Shown here in pieces: positions 13,591 to 25,397 of a stretch of DNA of 64,000 bases (position 1 is the first letter of the stretch; each line of letters starts with the position of its first letter). Where the stretch lies: NCBI RefSeq assembly GCF_018350175.1, contig NC_058368.1, positions 16,928,001-16,992,000 of the forward strand. The letters are read 5' to 3'. The translations under genes were made by a program, and so were the position numbers. Below the pieces are notes generated by a model, which saw only the letters and a program-made list of their open reading frames with translations, was not told the origin of the DNA and ran no database searches. The DNA comes from Felis catus. Its lineage: Eukaryota.

Positions 13591-14879
13591 TGTAACAAGT
13601 ATTCAGGATCATGATCTGCCAATTGCATTATGTCTGCTAGTTTGGTCTGTTTTTATTGACTGATTTTGTTCACTTGCTTCTTTGAATGCCTGTTACTTTT
13701 TTATTGGATGCTGTACCTTCTGGGTGCTCTTTAATAATCCTGGATGATGTTGTGGCATATAAGTAAATTACTTGGAATCAATTCAATCTTTTTGATGTTT
13801 GCTTTTAAGGATTGTTGATGTGGGTAAAGTTCAGTATTTAATCTAAAGTTAATTTAGAACTACTACTAAGGCATAACCCTTTGGAAGATTCTACCTAACG
13901 GACTGTGTATTAAACTCTTTCCATTCGGTAGGTGGGAACACTGCTTACTTTCAGCTCTTTGTGAGCACAGGCACTTATTAGGCTTATCGCTTTTCAGTCC
14001 ACACCCCCTCTGCCCCTCTTCCTAGCCTTGAGGAATTTCTGGTTGTGCCTGTGCAGATCAGAACTCAGTGAAAGACCCTTTGTAGATCTTAGGGATTCTG
14101 ACTCCTTGGATTCTGATCTCTGACTCCTGAGCTCCTTGAGACCACTGGGATCAACTCGAGTTCCTCTCCCTATGCTGTGTTTTAGAAGTGGCAAGCCGTG
14201 GCAACCAGAGAACCAACCCTCCCTGTTTTCCAATACCTGTAAATCATTGCTGTATATATTTTATCTAGTTTTCTAGTTGTTTAATTCACAGGAGTAGATC
14301 TGGTTCCTGTTATTCTGTTATGATCAGAAGCAGAAGTTCTAGCTAACTAATTATGATTTCAACTGATTTTATTTCTATTTTCCTGTCTTTTAAAAATTCA
14401 GTTTAGTCAGTAAATTTTTATGAAATTCAGTTTAATCAGTAAATTTTTATTTTTGGAATTCATTATTTGTATTTTCCAAAATTTCTCTTTTCATTGTGCA
14501 TAACTATTCTTTTTGAGTTAGAGTGATTTTTGTTGTTGTTGTTGCTTAGTCTAACTCTTCCATTTCTTGAGAGGCTGTTGACTTGTTCTTTTTGAATTTC
14601 ACTCCTGGTAGCTTATTTCCTTCTCTTATAATTTTGTGAGGCCATTTTAACAGCCTCTTTCTTTCCATCAGTACCTCTGTGCCCTGAATTAAGAGCCATG
14701 TGTCCAAAGATGATTGGTTTTACCTCATTCAAGAGTCCTAGTGCCCAGGAGGGAGTCCTGGACCATGCAAGTAATATATGTGTTTTTATTTAAGTTTGAT
14801 TCCTTCTATGGTTGAGGTTGATGCCTCTCTTTTAAATCTCTGTTGTATCAGGATTGTAGTTTAGACTGTTTCTGAGCGC

Positions 14880-14987
14880 TTTATTTTTTTTTATTTTATT
14901 TTTATTCTCAGGTTAGTTAACATACATGTAGTCTTGGCCTCAGGAGTAGAATCCAGTGATTTATCGCTTACATGTAACACCCAGTGC
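14880..14987 (-). mobile_element. Short carnivore L1 3' end
   Basis: Poly-T, then 'gttagttaacatac...tcaggagtagaatccagtgat...taacacccagtgct'. Confidence 0.7.
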
Positions 14988-16101
14988 TTTACTTTTTTAT
15001 TGAAGACTTTCTCCAGTGGCTCAGGTTGGGGTAGGATGTAACCGATGGGTTGCACCAGAACAGGTCTTCTGAGCCTAAGATCTCTCCATCATTGCTTGGT
15101 ATTCCCAGTCCCTAAGTTAATACCCCTGGCCTCTCCTAAGAACCTGTCCTCAATTCTCCATGGGAAGAGGGTGGTGCCCTTACCCTACGCTCCTTTCTTG
15201 GTTCCTCCGTCACTGGCTCCATCGCTTGCTGCGAACTCCATGCTTCTTATGCTCATTGCAAGCCCCAGCTTTGGGATACTTCTAAACCATCTCCTTTAGC
15301 AACAGCACACTGACGGGCCCATTTTGAGCTCTGGATTCCGTTACCCATTCTATCCTTTCTTCCTTTCAGAGATTCCTCGGAGATTTCAACTGTACTCCAA
15401 GGACAAGACCGCTTGTGTTCCTGGATGGCGTTTATGTGAGTTTGTGTCTAATCACATGTACACGTGAAACACATGATATCATAATATACAAACATTACAT
15501 AAATGCGTATGTGTGTATATCTATATAGATAAATATAGATACAGATATGGGTAGAGATATTGTGATCTAAGATCTTGATCCAGTTCAAGAGTAATTTTTC
15601 ATCACAAGCCATCCAAATTATTTAGGTGACTTTACAGTAGCCAGAGTTTCTGGTTCCTGTTATTCTGAAAAGTAAGTCCCAGTATTTGCAAATTTTAATT
15701 ATACATTTGGGGCAGAGTACATTATTGGTGGTTTTTCTATTTGTTATTTTGCCCCCTAACTCTCCCTTCTTCTCCTCTAAGATGTTAGCTAGGACCTTGT
15801 GCTCTCTTGCCTTAGGTATGGTTTATACTACAGGGCTGAAAACAGAAGCTTCCTGAAAACAATGCATTTTTCCCCCTATCTTTTGTGACAGTCTGGACCA
15901 ATTGTAGGATTAAGCTAACAATTTTAAAGAAGAAATACATAGAGGCAAATACCTTTCAAATCAGAGATGAGGGAGGTAGGAGAGACTAGTCCTTTCTCTA
16001 GGGCTGGTATTAGGAGAGAAAATATGTGGGTTCCTTACTCTCCCAAGGAAAACACCCCTTTAGAAAGCATAGTATCATTGCAGCAGAGGGGACAGATTTC
16101 T

Positions 16102-16319
16102 TTTTTTTTTTTTTTTAATGTTTATTTATTTTTGAGACAGAGAGAGACAGAGCATGAACAGGGGAGGGGCAGAGAGAGAGGGAGACACAGAATCTGAAAT
16201 GGGCTCCAGGCTCTGAGCTGTCAGCACAGAGCGCGACGCAGGGCTCGAACTCACGGACAGTGAGATCATGACCTGAGCTGAAGTCGGACGCTTAACCGAC
16301 TGAGCCACCCAGGCGCCCC
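16102..16319 (-). mobile_element. Can-SINE
   Basis: Perfect TSD gggacagatttct at 16089-16101 and 16320-16332. Confidence 0.96.
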
Positions 16320-16829
16320 GGGACAGATTTCTATAACTGACAGTTGGTACAGACATCGAACAACTAAATGCTCAGGGACCTAGCTAACTCCTTAACAACT
16401 AAGAAAAAATAGGAGAATGGGCTAAGCCCCCCTCCTATTGCTTCTGTTTGTATCTTCTGGCTTAGACGTGCAGCAGGCACAAACCATGGGTTGTATTTAT
16501 CATTGTAACCCCCATTAGCTCTGTGACTAAGGCAACGTCTTTAAGAAAAGCAGAATGCTTACTGTTGACTGGTATCCAGTGAAATTGCTGTGCAGTCATC
16601 GCTCCCGTTTTGTGTTATGCCTTCCTTCATCAGTGTTTTCACAGAAAATTAAGAGGCTGCATTAGAGATTGCTAACACTATACTTTCTTGAAATCCATTC
16701 TGAAATCCAGTTTGGAAATTTTACCAGATAATCAACTATGCTATTTCTTTACTAAAGAAAATATAAACGAGCCTATTTAGCAAACAGTGTTCCCAATATT
16801 GTGCCCGTAGGATTTTAACTTCTAGAGGT

Positions 16830-17319
16830 GACTGAGTGATGACACAGACAGGCTAATGTCATTGAAGGATTTTTACTACATTTCTCAAGAGAAGGAGACA
16901 GATCACGCTATGCAGGACCACATGGAAAATACCAGATTTGGGGCAGGAGGCAGAAGCAGGAGCAAGGGAGAAAGCTTAGGCCAGAGCCATTATTGGGATT
17001 CTATGGGAAAGGCAAGGCAGGGTAGGGCAAACAGGTTAGAGTTAGCTACTTTGGGCTATAAAGGTCATCTCTAGTTGCCCGGTACCTGGGCTGATTTAGG
17101 GCACAGCATACCGTGGCTGGTGTGTTAAGAGCTGGATAAGGGGTTGGTTGGGGTATAGGCTCTTGGGGATTGGCCGGTTTGTAGATGAGAGGTGTGCTCC
17201 CAGCTGAGGCCTTCGCTAGCTTTAAGAATTGGCTAGCTCTGAAAAGGCTCCATGAGCAGCAAGACTTTCAAGATGTCAAAATATCACAGAATATGGAAAA
17301 CAGAAAACATGATTAATAC
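16830..17319 (-). mobile_element. ERVL-type solo LTR (MER54/MER74-like)
   Basis: Ends 'aagatgtcaaaa...aaaacatgattaataca', so the reverse complement starts TGTATTAATCATGTTTT; contains 'aattggctagctct'. Family name from recall. Confidence 0.6.
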
Positions 17320-19534
17320 AAGTGGAAATATAAATGTGTGTTCAATAGCTCTTGAGGCATAACCTGAGGATTGAGAAATAGTCCAGGAAGGTGGACAATA
17401 ATAATAAGCTTGTACCATTATAATTGGCATCGAAGTTAATACTTTTCTCTGATATCACTTAGTTTCTAAATAAAACACTCCATATGATGCTTCCTGTAAG
17501 AAATGTTTTAATGTATTATGAACAGTGTTTGAATTTTATGTTATGACAAGATATATTGGATATGTCTTTAACTGAACATTTATGCTACCTAGAAGTTAAA
17601 TTAAAATTACTATATTCATGAGCATTATTTGAAGAGACCTAGAAGTGAGCAGGAGAAAAATTACATTATGCAAATATCTATTAGAATGGCATATATTTCT
17701 TGTAACAGAAATTTTAAGTTAATGTTAACAATGAGTCAGGACCAAAAAAAAGGAAAAAAAAAGCCAGGATATACTAAATCTCTTAGGAAGTAATGACTGT
17801 TTTTGCTGGTAGGAAAAATAAAACTTTATGAGCAAATTTTATTTAGTAGTCACAAAATAAGTAGGATATAGATGGAACTATATTTCATTTTCCTGTAAAT
17901 GAAGGAGATCATATTCCTGATTACTGCTTACGACACAGGAAAAATATTCTACTTCTCTATAATAGTCTGATAGCTTCTGGAAAAAAATCCTTATCAATTA
18001 CAAGTTTGTGACCTGTTCATTTATCATCATAAGTTCACCATTAAACTAGTAAGCAAAACAAACCCAAAAAAGAACCTCCCCCCAAAAAACCCAAAACAAA
18101 AAATAAAACACACACACACACACACACAATTTTAAAAAATTAAAAATTTTTAAGATACAAGTTATTCTAATGCCTCAGAAAGCAAGAGAAAGCTGTGAAT
18201 GAGAACAAAAGGAAATATTAAAGGAATTAGTGTAGATTTTGGATAGAATCAACTAAACCAATGTGAACAGACATACCTAAAAGGCACTCAGAATTTCAGG
18301 CAATGACAATGTGGTCAAAGCAGGCAGCTGATGCCCTTAGCAAGATTTCTAAAATTGCTACTTGGAGCACTTAAATTCTGTAGCAATTAATTTTAGAATA
18401 ATTTAGATTAGATCATTCTAGTATCTACAGTATTTCTATCAAGTCAAACTTTTCAAAGCAAATCTTCATGACATAACTCTTGGACAATAGGTTAGGTTTT
18501 CACATAGTTATTTGGGCCTTTAAGATTTTGAATCTCTACATTATAACTTCAAAACATATTTTAAGTATTCATGTGGTTCTTTTGGCCAATGGAATTACAA
18601 CTACGAATGCTTCCTCTAAATCATATTATTTACACCAAGGGTCACTAGCTCAAATGGCTGCAGGGGGTGAAGAGAACACATGAAGATGTGACTAGGGTAA
18701 CAGGAACGAGCCATTTATATCTGCACCAAGTAGAACACTTGCTTCCCTGCACTGTACAGACCAAACCCAGAGCCCCCCCATGGCGATTTGTCATTAGTTC
18801 ATCCACTACCCTGCTTTACACGCCACCACCATGAAAGTTGCAAGGAAGGTTAATATCAAAGAGCAATCCTTCATCCCGAAGAACTATATACTCCTAGAAG
18901 GGTCAATAATGAGATTTCTAATGCAGGATCTCTGACTCAGAATAAACACGGTCACACAAAGTAATGGTGAGGGAACACGTGAGGATATTCACATACTTTT
19001 TTTTTTATTTGAATGGCTTTATATCATCATATTGCATAAGAATCTTTAATTAGCCTTGTCTAACCTCAGCTTTCACCAGTAGCACTAAATTGAGTAGTCC
19101 TGTCCTTTGAATAGATAAGCCTCAAGAACAATGCAAGAATCAAAATGCATAATCTACTACATTAAGAGCATTTAGGATTGTAGGTAATGAAATTTAAGGA
19201 CATGACTGCAATTAGGATGCATTACCAGTCTCTAACATTTTTAAGTTAATCTTAATTCACTAAAAAATAGTGATTGAGTAGTGCTATATGCCAGATACTG
19301 TTCTAAGTACTGGAAATAAAAACTGAGTAGAACTCCTTGAGAAGCTCATCAAATGAATGTATCAACGCAATGATTTATATGTAGACAATTGATACTATAA
19401 ATAAACATCGTATAGGATCAAATTAGGCTAAATTTTGTAAAGAGATGTCAATAACTATGTTTTTCTTTTTTCTCTATTCTCTCACAAACCATGTGTGTGA
19501 TCTTGGGATTAACCATACCTCTTCTTGGTTCTCA

Positions 19535-19593
19535 TTTTTATTTTTTTAATGTTAACTTATTTATTTTGAGAGAGTGAGTGCAAGCAGGGGATG

Positions 19594-19648
<55 letters not shown>

Positions 19649-19776
19649 AGAGAATCCCAAGCAGGCTCCACACTGTCAGTATAGAGCTGGACATGGGGTT
19701 CAATCTCACAACTGAGATCAGGACTGAGCCAAAATCAGGAGTTGGATGCTTAACCGACCGAGCCACCCAGGTGCCC
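19535..19776 (-). mobile_element. Can-SINE with expanded (GA)n
   Basis: (GA)n at about 19597-19644; head caggtgccc. Confidence 0.92.
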
Positions 19777-19891
19777 TATCTTCCTATTTTAAAAGAAAGA
19801 TAATAGTTTCCATTCTGAATGCTTTGCATGGTTTATTGTAAACATCAAATAAGGCAGTGAATGTAAAAGCACTTCAAAAAGAACAAAATAT

Positions 19892-20082
19892 GGGGCGCCT
19901 GGGTAGCTCAGTCAGCTAAGCATCTGACTTTGGCTTAGGTCATGATCTCACGGTTCATGGATTTGAGCCCCACATCAGGCTGTCCGCTGTTAGCACAGAG
20001 CCCACTTCAGATCCTCTGTCTCCCTCTTACTCTGTCCTTTCCCTTTTCACACACACTCTCTCTCTCAAAATAAACATTAAAA
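19892..20082 (+). mobile_element. Can-SINE
   Basis: TSD aaaaagaacaaaat. Confidence 0.93.
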
Positions 20083-20339
20083 AGAACAAAATGCTATGAA
20101 AATGTAACAGAATATTCTCAATGGCTGTTTCTTGCTTTGGTTTTCACAATTTACATCTATTTATATTATGTATCCATTAACATTATTTATAGTTATTTTT
20201 AATTCTTTTCTTTTGGACTTTTATAGTAGACTTAGAATTTACCCACCACCATTATAGTAATAACATATTATTTTTTATCTCTATATTTACCTTTATCAAT
20301 GATTTGATATATTATGGTCCTGTGATGATACAATTTGTA

Positions 20340-20555
20340 ATTTTTTTAAATTTTTCATTCATTTTTGAGAGAGAAAGAGAGACAGAGTGCAAGAGGGGAA
20401 GGGGCAGAGAGAGACTGAAACGTAGAATCTGAAGCAGGCTCCAGGCTCTGAGCTGTAAGCACAGAGCTAGATGTGAAGCTCAAATCCCCAAACTGCAAGA
20501 TCATGACCTGAGCCAAAGTCAGATGCTTAACTGACTGAGCCACCCAGGAGGCCCT
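20340..20555 (-). mobile_element. Can-SINE
   Basis: SINE body and poly-T. Confidence 0.92.
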
Positions 20556-21210
20556 GGTACAATTCTTATATAATTAATATGTGACACTGATTTTAATATT
20601 TTCAAGGTGTCTCAGTGACCAAATCCTAATGAGAAATTAATATGCTTTTGCAAACAGAACATTAATATGTTTCATTTATATTTAATGAGTTCTAATATGG
20701 TCACACTGTGCACTCTACAATCATTTCTGCCTCTACATGATACAAATTGGATTCCTTCCAAAACACATTAGGCCATTTATGCTGTTTGTTGTCTTAAAAT
20801 GTTTCATTTGCCAATTACCTCCTAAAATCCAGAGTTTGCTTTTGTTTACAGTCATTAAATGTACCTCGTTAAATGTACCTGCATGTCAACGTTGCAGTAA
20901 ATAAGGTTCTTCTTTTGTTATATTTGCCAAATTTTGCTAAATGCCGTAGCAAAGCTTAAAAAAAAACAACAAAAGATAGTAAGTAAAAATGAATCTATTT
21001 ATCATTTCTTTTCTCGTATCAAGAAAAATAAAACTCATAAGGCTCTAGAAATTATGCTATGACTCTGAGGAGATAAATATATGGGTAAGAGAGTTAGGGT
21101 ATTGAGGCAGGAAAGAATACTAGACATTTAGGAATAGGTGCTTTTCAATATCTTTTTGAGCACAGTGTTTTCCCCCTGTTCTTTTGATATATTATATTAA
21201 TATGTTTTCT

Positions 21211-21415
21211 GGGGCGCCTGAGTGGCTCAGTTGGTTAAGCGTTCGACTTCAGCTCAGGTCATGATCTCATAGCCGGTGAGTTCGAGCCCCAAGTTGGGCT
21301 CTGTGCTGTTAGTTCAGAGCCTGGAGCTTGCTTCAGATTCTGTCTCCCTCTCTCTCTGCCCCTCCCCCACTCACTCTCTGTCTCTATCAAAAAATGAATA
21401 AACGGTAAAAAATAT
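21211..21415 (+). mobile_element. Can-SINE
   Basis: TSD ttaatatgttttct. Confidence 0.94.
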
Positions 21416-23023
21416 ATATATTTAATATGTTTTCTGAAGAGGCAGTAGAATATGAGTACCGAAGTCATACTGTCTAAACAAAATATGTTTTTCTCTTCAG
21501 GATTTTGCCACATGTTTTTATACATGAACAGAAACAAAACTATAAATAGCAAGTTGCAAATATTGTTTAAAATTACATGACATGTATTCTTAGAACTAGA
21601 GACTGTAAGTATGAACTCAGATCTCTTCAATGTTTGACTATCTGACACCAGGTAGACAGAATCAGTACTGTCTCCTTATTGCCATTCTCAAAAATCTTAG
21701 TCATACTAAGTAATCCCATAGCTTCAGCTATTAATGCTATACCTGCGGATCCCCAAATCTATCAGTCAACATTTGCTTCTATCTCTCTATGGTAAGACCC
21801 ACATTTTTATAAGTGAAGAAGACAATGACTGTCATGAGAACATTGAAGCCTTTCTTTCCTAAGTCAAGAGTCAGCACTCTCTCTGCCTGGAGATGTCCCC
21901 ACGGAAGAGCACTTTGATAACAAAATTATGGCAAAGAAGAAATTGGTGTTTAACATTCCTATTGCAGTTGCTTACCTGTTTCTCTTGGATATCTCTCCTT
22001 AAAAAAACCTAACACAATATCCTAAAGATTAACTAGACCTCCTCATTATTTTAGTACCTACCTGTTTCCTATTTTGTCATTCATTGCAATATTTCTTAAA
22101 TAGGGCACTACAGACATTGTGAAAGGGATGTTTATTTTGTAAACACAGATGCTTAGATTTGTAGTAAATTTTAGAGGACATACAGTCTTTGTCCTCACTA
22201 TACAAGAAGTTCTGTTACATTGTAGAGGGTTGGCACCTATCTTAACTCATTCCAGCAACCCCGGCGGTTAGTCTAGTACCTGCTGCATAGAAAGGATTCA
22301 GAGTTTGTTATTAAACTGAATAAATGTGCTGATGATCGGCAGTCTAGCTCCCTGGTGTAATCTTATTACATCACACAACAAACTATTGGAATTCCGTTCT
22401 TGGATTGCTTTTCCCATCTACAATCCAAGTTCTTCTAGCTCAGGGATCTAGTCTTTCTCACCAAGTTGATTACTTTCTTGTCTGTTGAAATTAATCAGAC
22501 GTCAGTATTGTAAAGTGCAATGGGGAAAAATTGGAAATATAAGATGTAACAGTACTGAATTGTTGGAAAGACAGAAGAATATTAACACGAAAGCGGGGCG
22601 ATGATTCCAGCTTCTTGAACTAGGTCACACCAGTTTTTCCGCGAACAGGTTGCCTTAGCAGCTTCGCGGAACACCGCCCTCCCAACCCCGCCCACCTCCC
22701 CGCCCACCTCCCCGCCCCTCGGGACTCCTCGCTCTGCACCCTCCTACTCTTTGCCCTTACTTCCGCCCCATCCTGCCAGCTGGGACCTAGAGCCCCACCG
22801 CCTCTGCCCACACTTACATTGCCTGACTGAAACTACAGCAGAAAATAACTGTATTTAGAAAATTCTTCCTCCATACCATCCCTTCCTTAGTCTTAGAGCT
22901 TTAAATGCAAAAACAGTAGCTCTTTGTAACTTGGAGGCTCCGTCTAGCACGAGGAACAGAAGCCCATTTTCAGGCAGCGCCTTGGACAACAGCATCTTTG
23001 GAGGCCCCCGGCTTGCGGAGGGA

Positions 23024-23031
23024 GACGTGGC
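23024..23031 (+). promoter_or_regulatory. UPRE/XBP1-like element GACGTGGC
   Basis: Matches the XBP1s/ATF6-type core GACGTGG about 40 bp upstream of the presumed TSS. UFM1 is known to be ER-stress inducible. Motif match only. Confidence 0.5.
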
Positions 23032-23118
23032 CCCGAGTGGGGCGGTAGCGACGGCGCCACCGCGAAGGAAGTGGGATACTCGGCGAATTTGGCGGGAGGT
23101 CCCCGGGCTGGCTCCACC

Positions 23119-23120
23119 AT
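23119..23120 (+). CDS. UFM1: UFM1 coding exon 1 (only 'AT' of the start codon; 5' UTR upstream from about 23067)
   Basis: GCTCCACC-AT|GTAAGT: Kozak-like CCACC, then a consensus donor GTAAGT at 23121. Joining to the first G of exon 2 gives ATG TCG AAG (MSK). Confidence 0.95.
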
Positions 23121-23135
23121 GTAAGTGTTTACTGA

Positions 23136-23169
23136 CCCCAATTCCAATCCCAATCCCAATCCCAATCCC
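23136..23169. repeat. (CCCAAT)n hexamer repeat in UFM1 intron 1
   Basis: ccccaattccaatcccaatcccaatcccaatccc. Confidence 0.9.
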
Positions 23170-23210
23170 TGGTCCCGCTGCGGGATTTTAACTATCTCCG
23201 ATCTCCTCAG

Positions 23211-23267
23211 GTCGAAGGTTTCCTTTAAAATCACGCTGACGTCGGACCCCCGGCTGCCTTACAAAGT
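23211..23267 (+). CDS. UFM1: UFM1 coding exon 2 (57 nt)
   Basis: Acceptor ctcctcag|G; encodes (M)SKVSFKITLTSDPRLPYK(V); donor |GTGAGT. Confidence 0.98.
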
Positions 23268-25269
23268 GTGAGTAGCGGGGCCGGGGCGGGCCGGGCGGGA
23301 CCAGGCTGGCTAGGTCCGAGTTTCAGATCCTCTCCCACCCGAGCAGGCTGCATCCCGCCGCTTTCCCTCGCCCTTGCTCTTCCTGGAGCCTGAGAGGAGG
23401 GCTCCCGTGCCCGCTCCTCCGAGTGTCAGCTCGCCCCGGCGCGAGGCCGCCGGGCTGTGTGACGGGAACGACTCCGCCAATAGTTGACCTCTCTGGGGAC
23501 TCCCCGGCTGGGCGATGGAACGGGAGGACTGAAGACGGGCCTCAGATGATCTGCTGGGGTCCTTAAACAGTGCCTGTCAACTCATGATTGGAAAAGCCTT
23601 TTACCACTTTGACCAGCTGTTACAGGAAGTAGGGAAGACAACCCAATCCAGATTCGGAAATTACTTGAACGTTTTATTACTGTCCGACTGCTGATCTCCC
23701 GTGTGTGAGTGACTCAGCCATTGGGTGTCACAAAGTAATGAGCCTCAAATCATACAGTCTGTATGTTGGGATTTTGTAAAGAATAATCAGCAGGAGTGGC
23801 ACATGCAGAACCTGGGCAGTTTGTCCATGCGAGGCCCTTTTTTCTCCTTTAGCAGGTGTAGGATGGTTTGGCCCAGGTTTAACTACATACTCGCCGGGAA
23901 CTTATTATGATTTTCGATAAACCTTATTGAGGTTATTGCTACAAAGAGCCTCGTAAAATGCAGCAAAGGCCAAGACTTCAATAGGATTTTAAGCATACTT
24001 AACGTAATCAATATCAGGGTCTAGCTCACTGAACAGTAACAGTTGTCATCGTCTTGAGTGATTTAGTTACCTGTGACCCATGCAGCTTCTGGCCTTAAGC
24101 TTTTTGGATCCTTTCAGTTCCAGATGGATCTTTTCTTTCTTTTTTTTTTTTTTTTTTTTTTTTTCACCTTGTCTTAAATATTCATGACCACAACCTGGCA
24201 CCTTAAGATCTTCAGTAACTGCTGCAGCTCTAAAGTGGCACCTTCAAGTCTTCTCTTGTGGCTGACCACACTCTCTTCTTGTATATCTCTTCTGTAAAAA
24301 ATGTTTCTTTTAATTCACTGATCAGACTTCTTTCTAAATCTGTCACTACCCTCTCCCCCGTGCTTTACGCCACCCTTTTCCTTTTTACTCTCCTAGAGGC
24401 CATGGTCTCGTCACTCCCTGGTGGTCCATTCCCATCACTTCTGGTGTCTTCGTCTTCCCAGTATGCTTTGCTTGGTGACACGCCGAGTCTGAACTCCACC
24501 ACTGTGTTCTCTGTGTGTAGCTGAATGTTTTTAGACGAAATTACACAATTAGCCTGATGTAAAGTTCGTAACTGTGCCCAGTAGTACCTAACACTGTACT
24601 GCATGTCCCAAGGTTGCTTGTTTTCCTTTATTCCCTGCAAGGATTTTTAAGAAATTTCTATTCACATTTTCTACATTATTTTTCCTTTTTCTGAAGCCAT
24701 CAGAAAAAATTCATCTTTCCATCACCACATGGACAAGACCTACTCGTATGTGTAAGCCCATAGTTTCTGTCCACCATCTTATTACAAAGGAAAACATGAC
24801 TTTGTTCCTATGAAAAGCCAGCTGTTGTAATTCTTGGGCTCTGGATCTCTTTATTTTAGCCTTCTCAAGATTAAAGTAGATAGACTCCAGCGATCCCTCT
24901 CTCATCATCTTTGGTTTCTCCCTTTATGCTGGATTATTCTCATCCATGTGTAAATATTCTAGAAAAAAGTGAGAAGAAGGGAGGGGGAAAGGACAGTAGG
25001 ACAGTAGTAGTATCTGTAAGAGTGCCTGGAACATTGTACCAGTTCAGTTAATACTGGCAACTGAATGAATTTAATAGGCATACCTACTCTTTGGTGTGGA
25101 TGTAGTGTGCATGTATATATGATATATACATGTACGTATGTGTGTCTGTAAAATATGTATAACGTGTATGTTGGGGTAATTACTCTGGTTTCTCTTCAAA
25201 ATAAAGGGTAACTAGTACTTGGGTACCATTAAATGAAATTCTTAAAATTTGTAGGAAGACAATATTTAA

Positions 25270-25397
25270 CTTTTTTTTAATGTTTATTTATTTCTTTTGA
25301 GAGAAAGCTTACATGTTGAGCTGTCAGTGCGGAGAGCAGTGAATTCCCATGAATCCTGAAATCATGACCTCAGCCAAAATCAAGATTTGGACACTTA
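25270..25397 (-). mobile_element. Headless degenerate Can-SINE in UFM1 intron 2
   Basis: Poly-T/ttattt tail, 'gagctgtcagtgc', 'atcatgacctcagccaaaatcaag...ggacactta'. Confidence 0.75.

Larger units (their letters stand above)
11850..14340 (-). mobile_element. Old L1 relic (ORF1 region), with nested insertions
   Basis: Minus-strand translation of 12310-12504 includes FFSDKQKLRDFMPNSPAFQEILKEVL, resembling the L1 ORF1p C-terminus; T-rich antisense L1 texture. Confidence 0.75.
22590..23530. promoter_or_regulatory. CpG island / UFM1 promoter
   Basis: GC- and CpG-rich stretch in an otherwise AT-rich window, spanning exons 1-2. It contains GC boxes (CCCCGCCC x3 at 22686-22717), ETS-like ACTTCCG (about 22759) and GGAAGT (23067), and no TATA box. 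Confidence 0.9.

Noticed and set aside
18822..18935. GCCACCACCATG followed by a 34-codon ORF (MKVARKVNIKEQ...)
   Set aside because: No promoter, splice signals, poly(A)/TSD or recognisable homology; consistent with chance.
22828..22850. ACTACA motif as a ZNF143/SBS site
   Set aside because: Lacks the downstream TCCCA half of the motif.
22931..23234. Overlapping 86-aa (+) and 96-aa (-) ORFs across the promoter
   Set aside because: Expected stop-poor frames in a CpG island. The PIPIPI and GLGLGL stretches come from the (CCCAAT)n repeat, and the starts are non-ATG.
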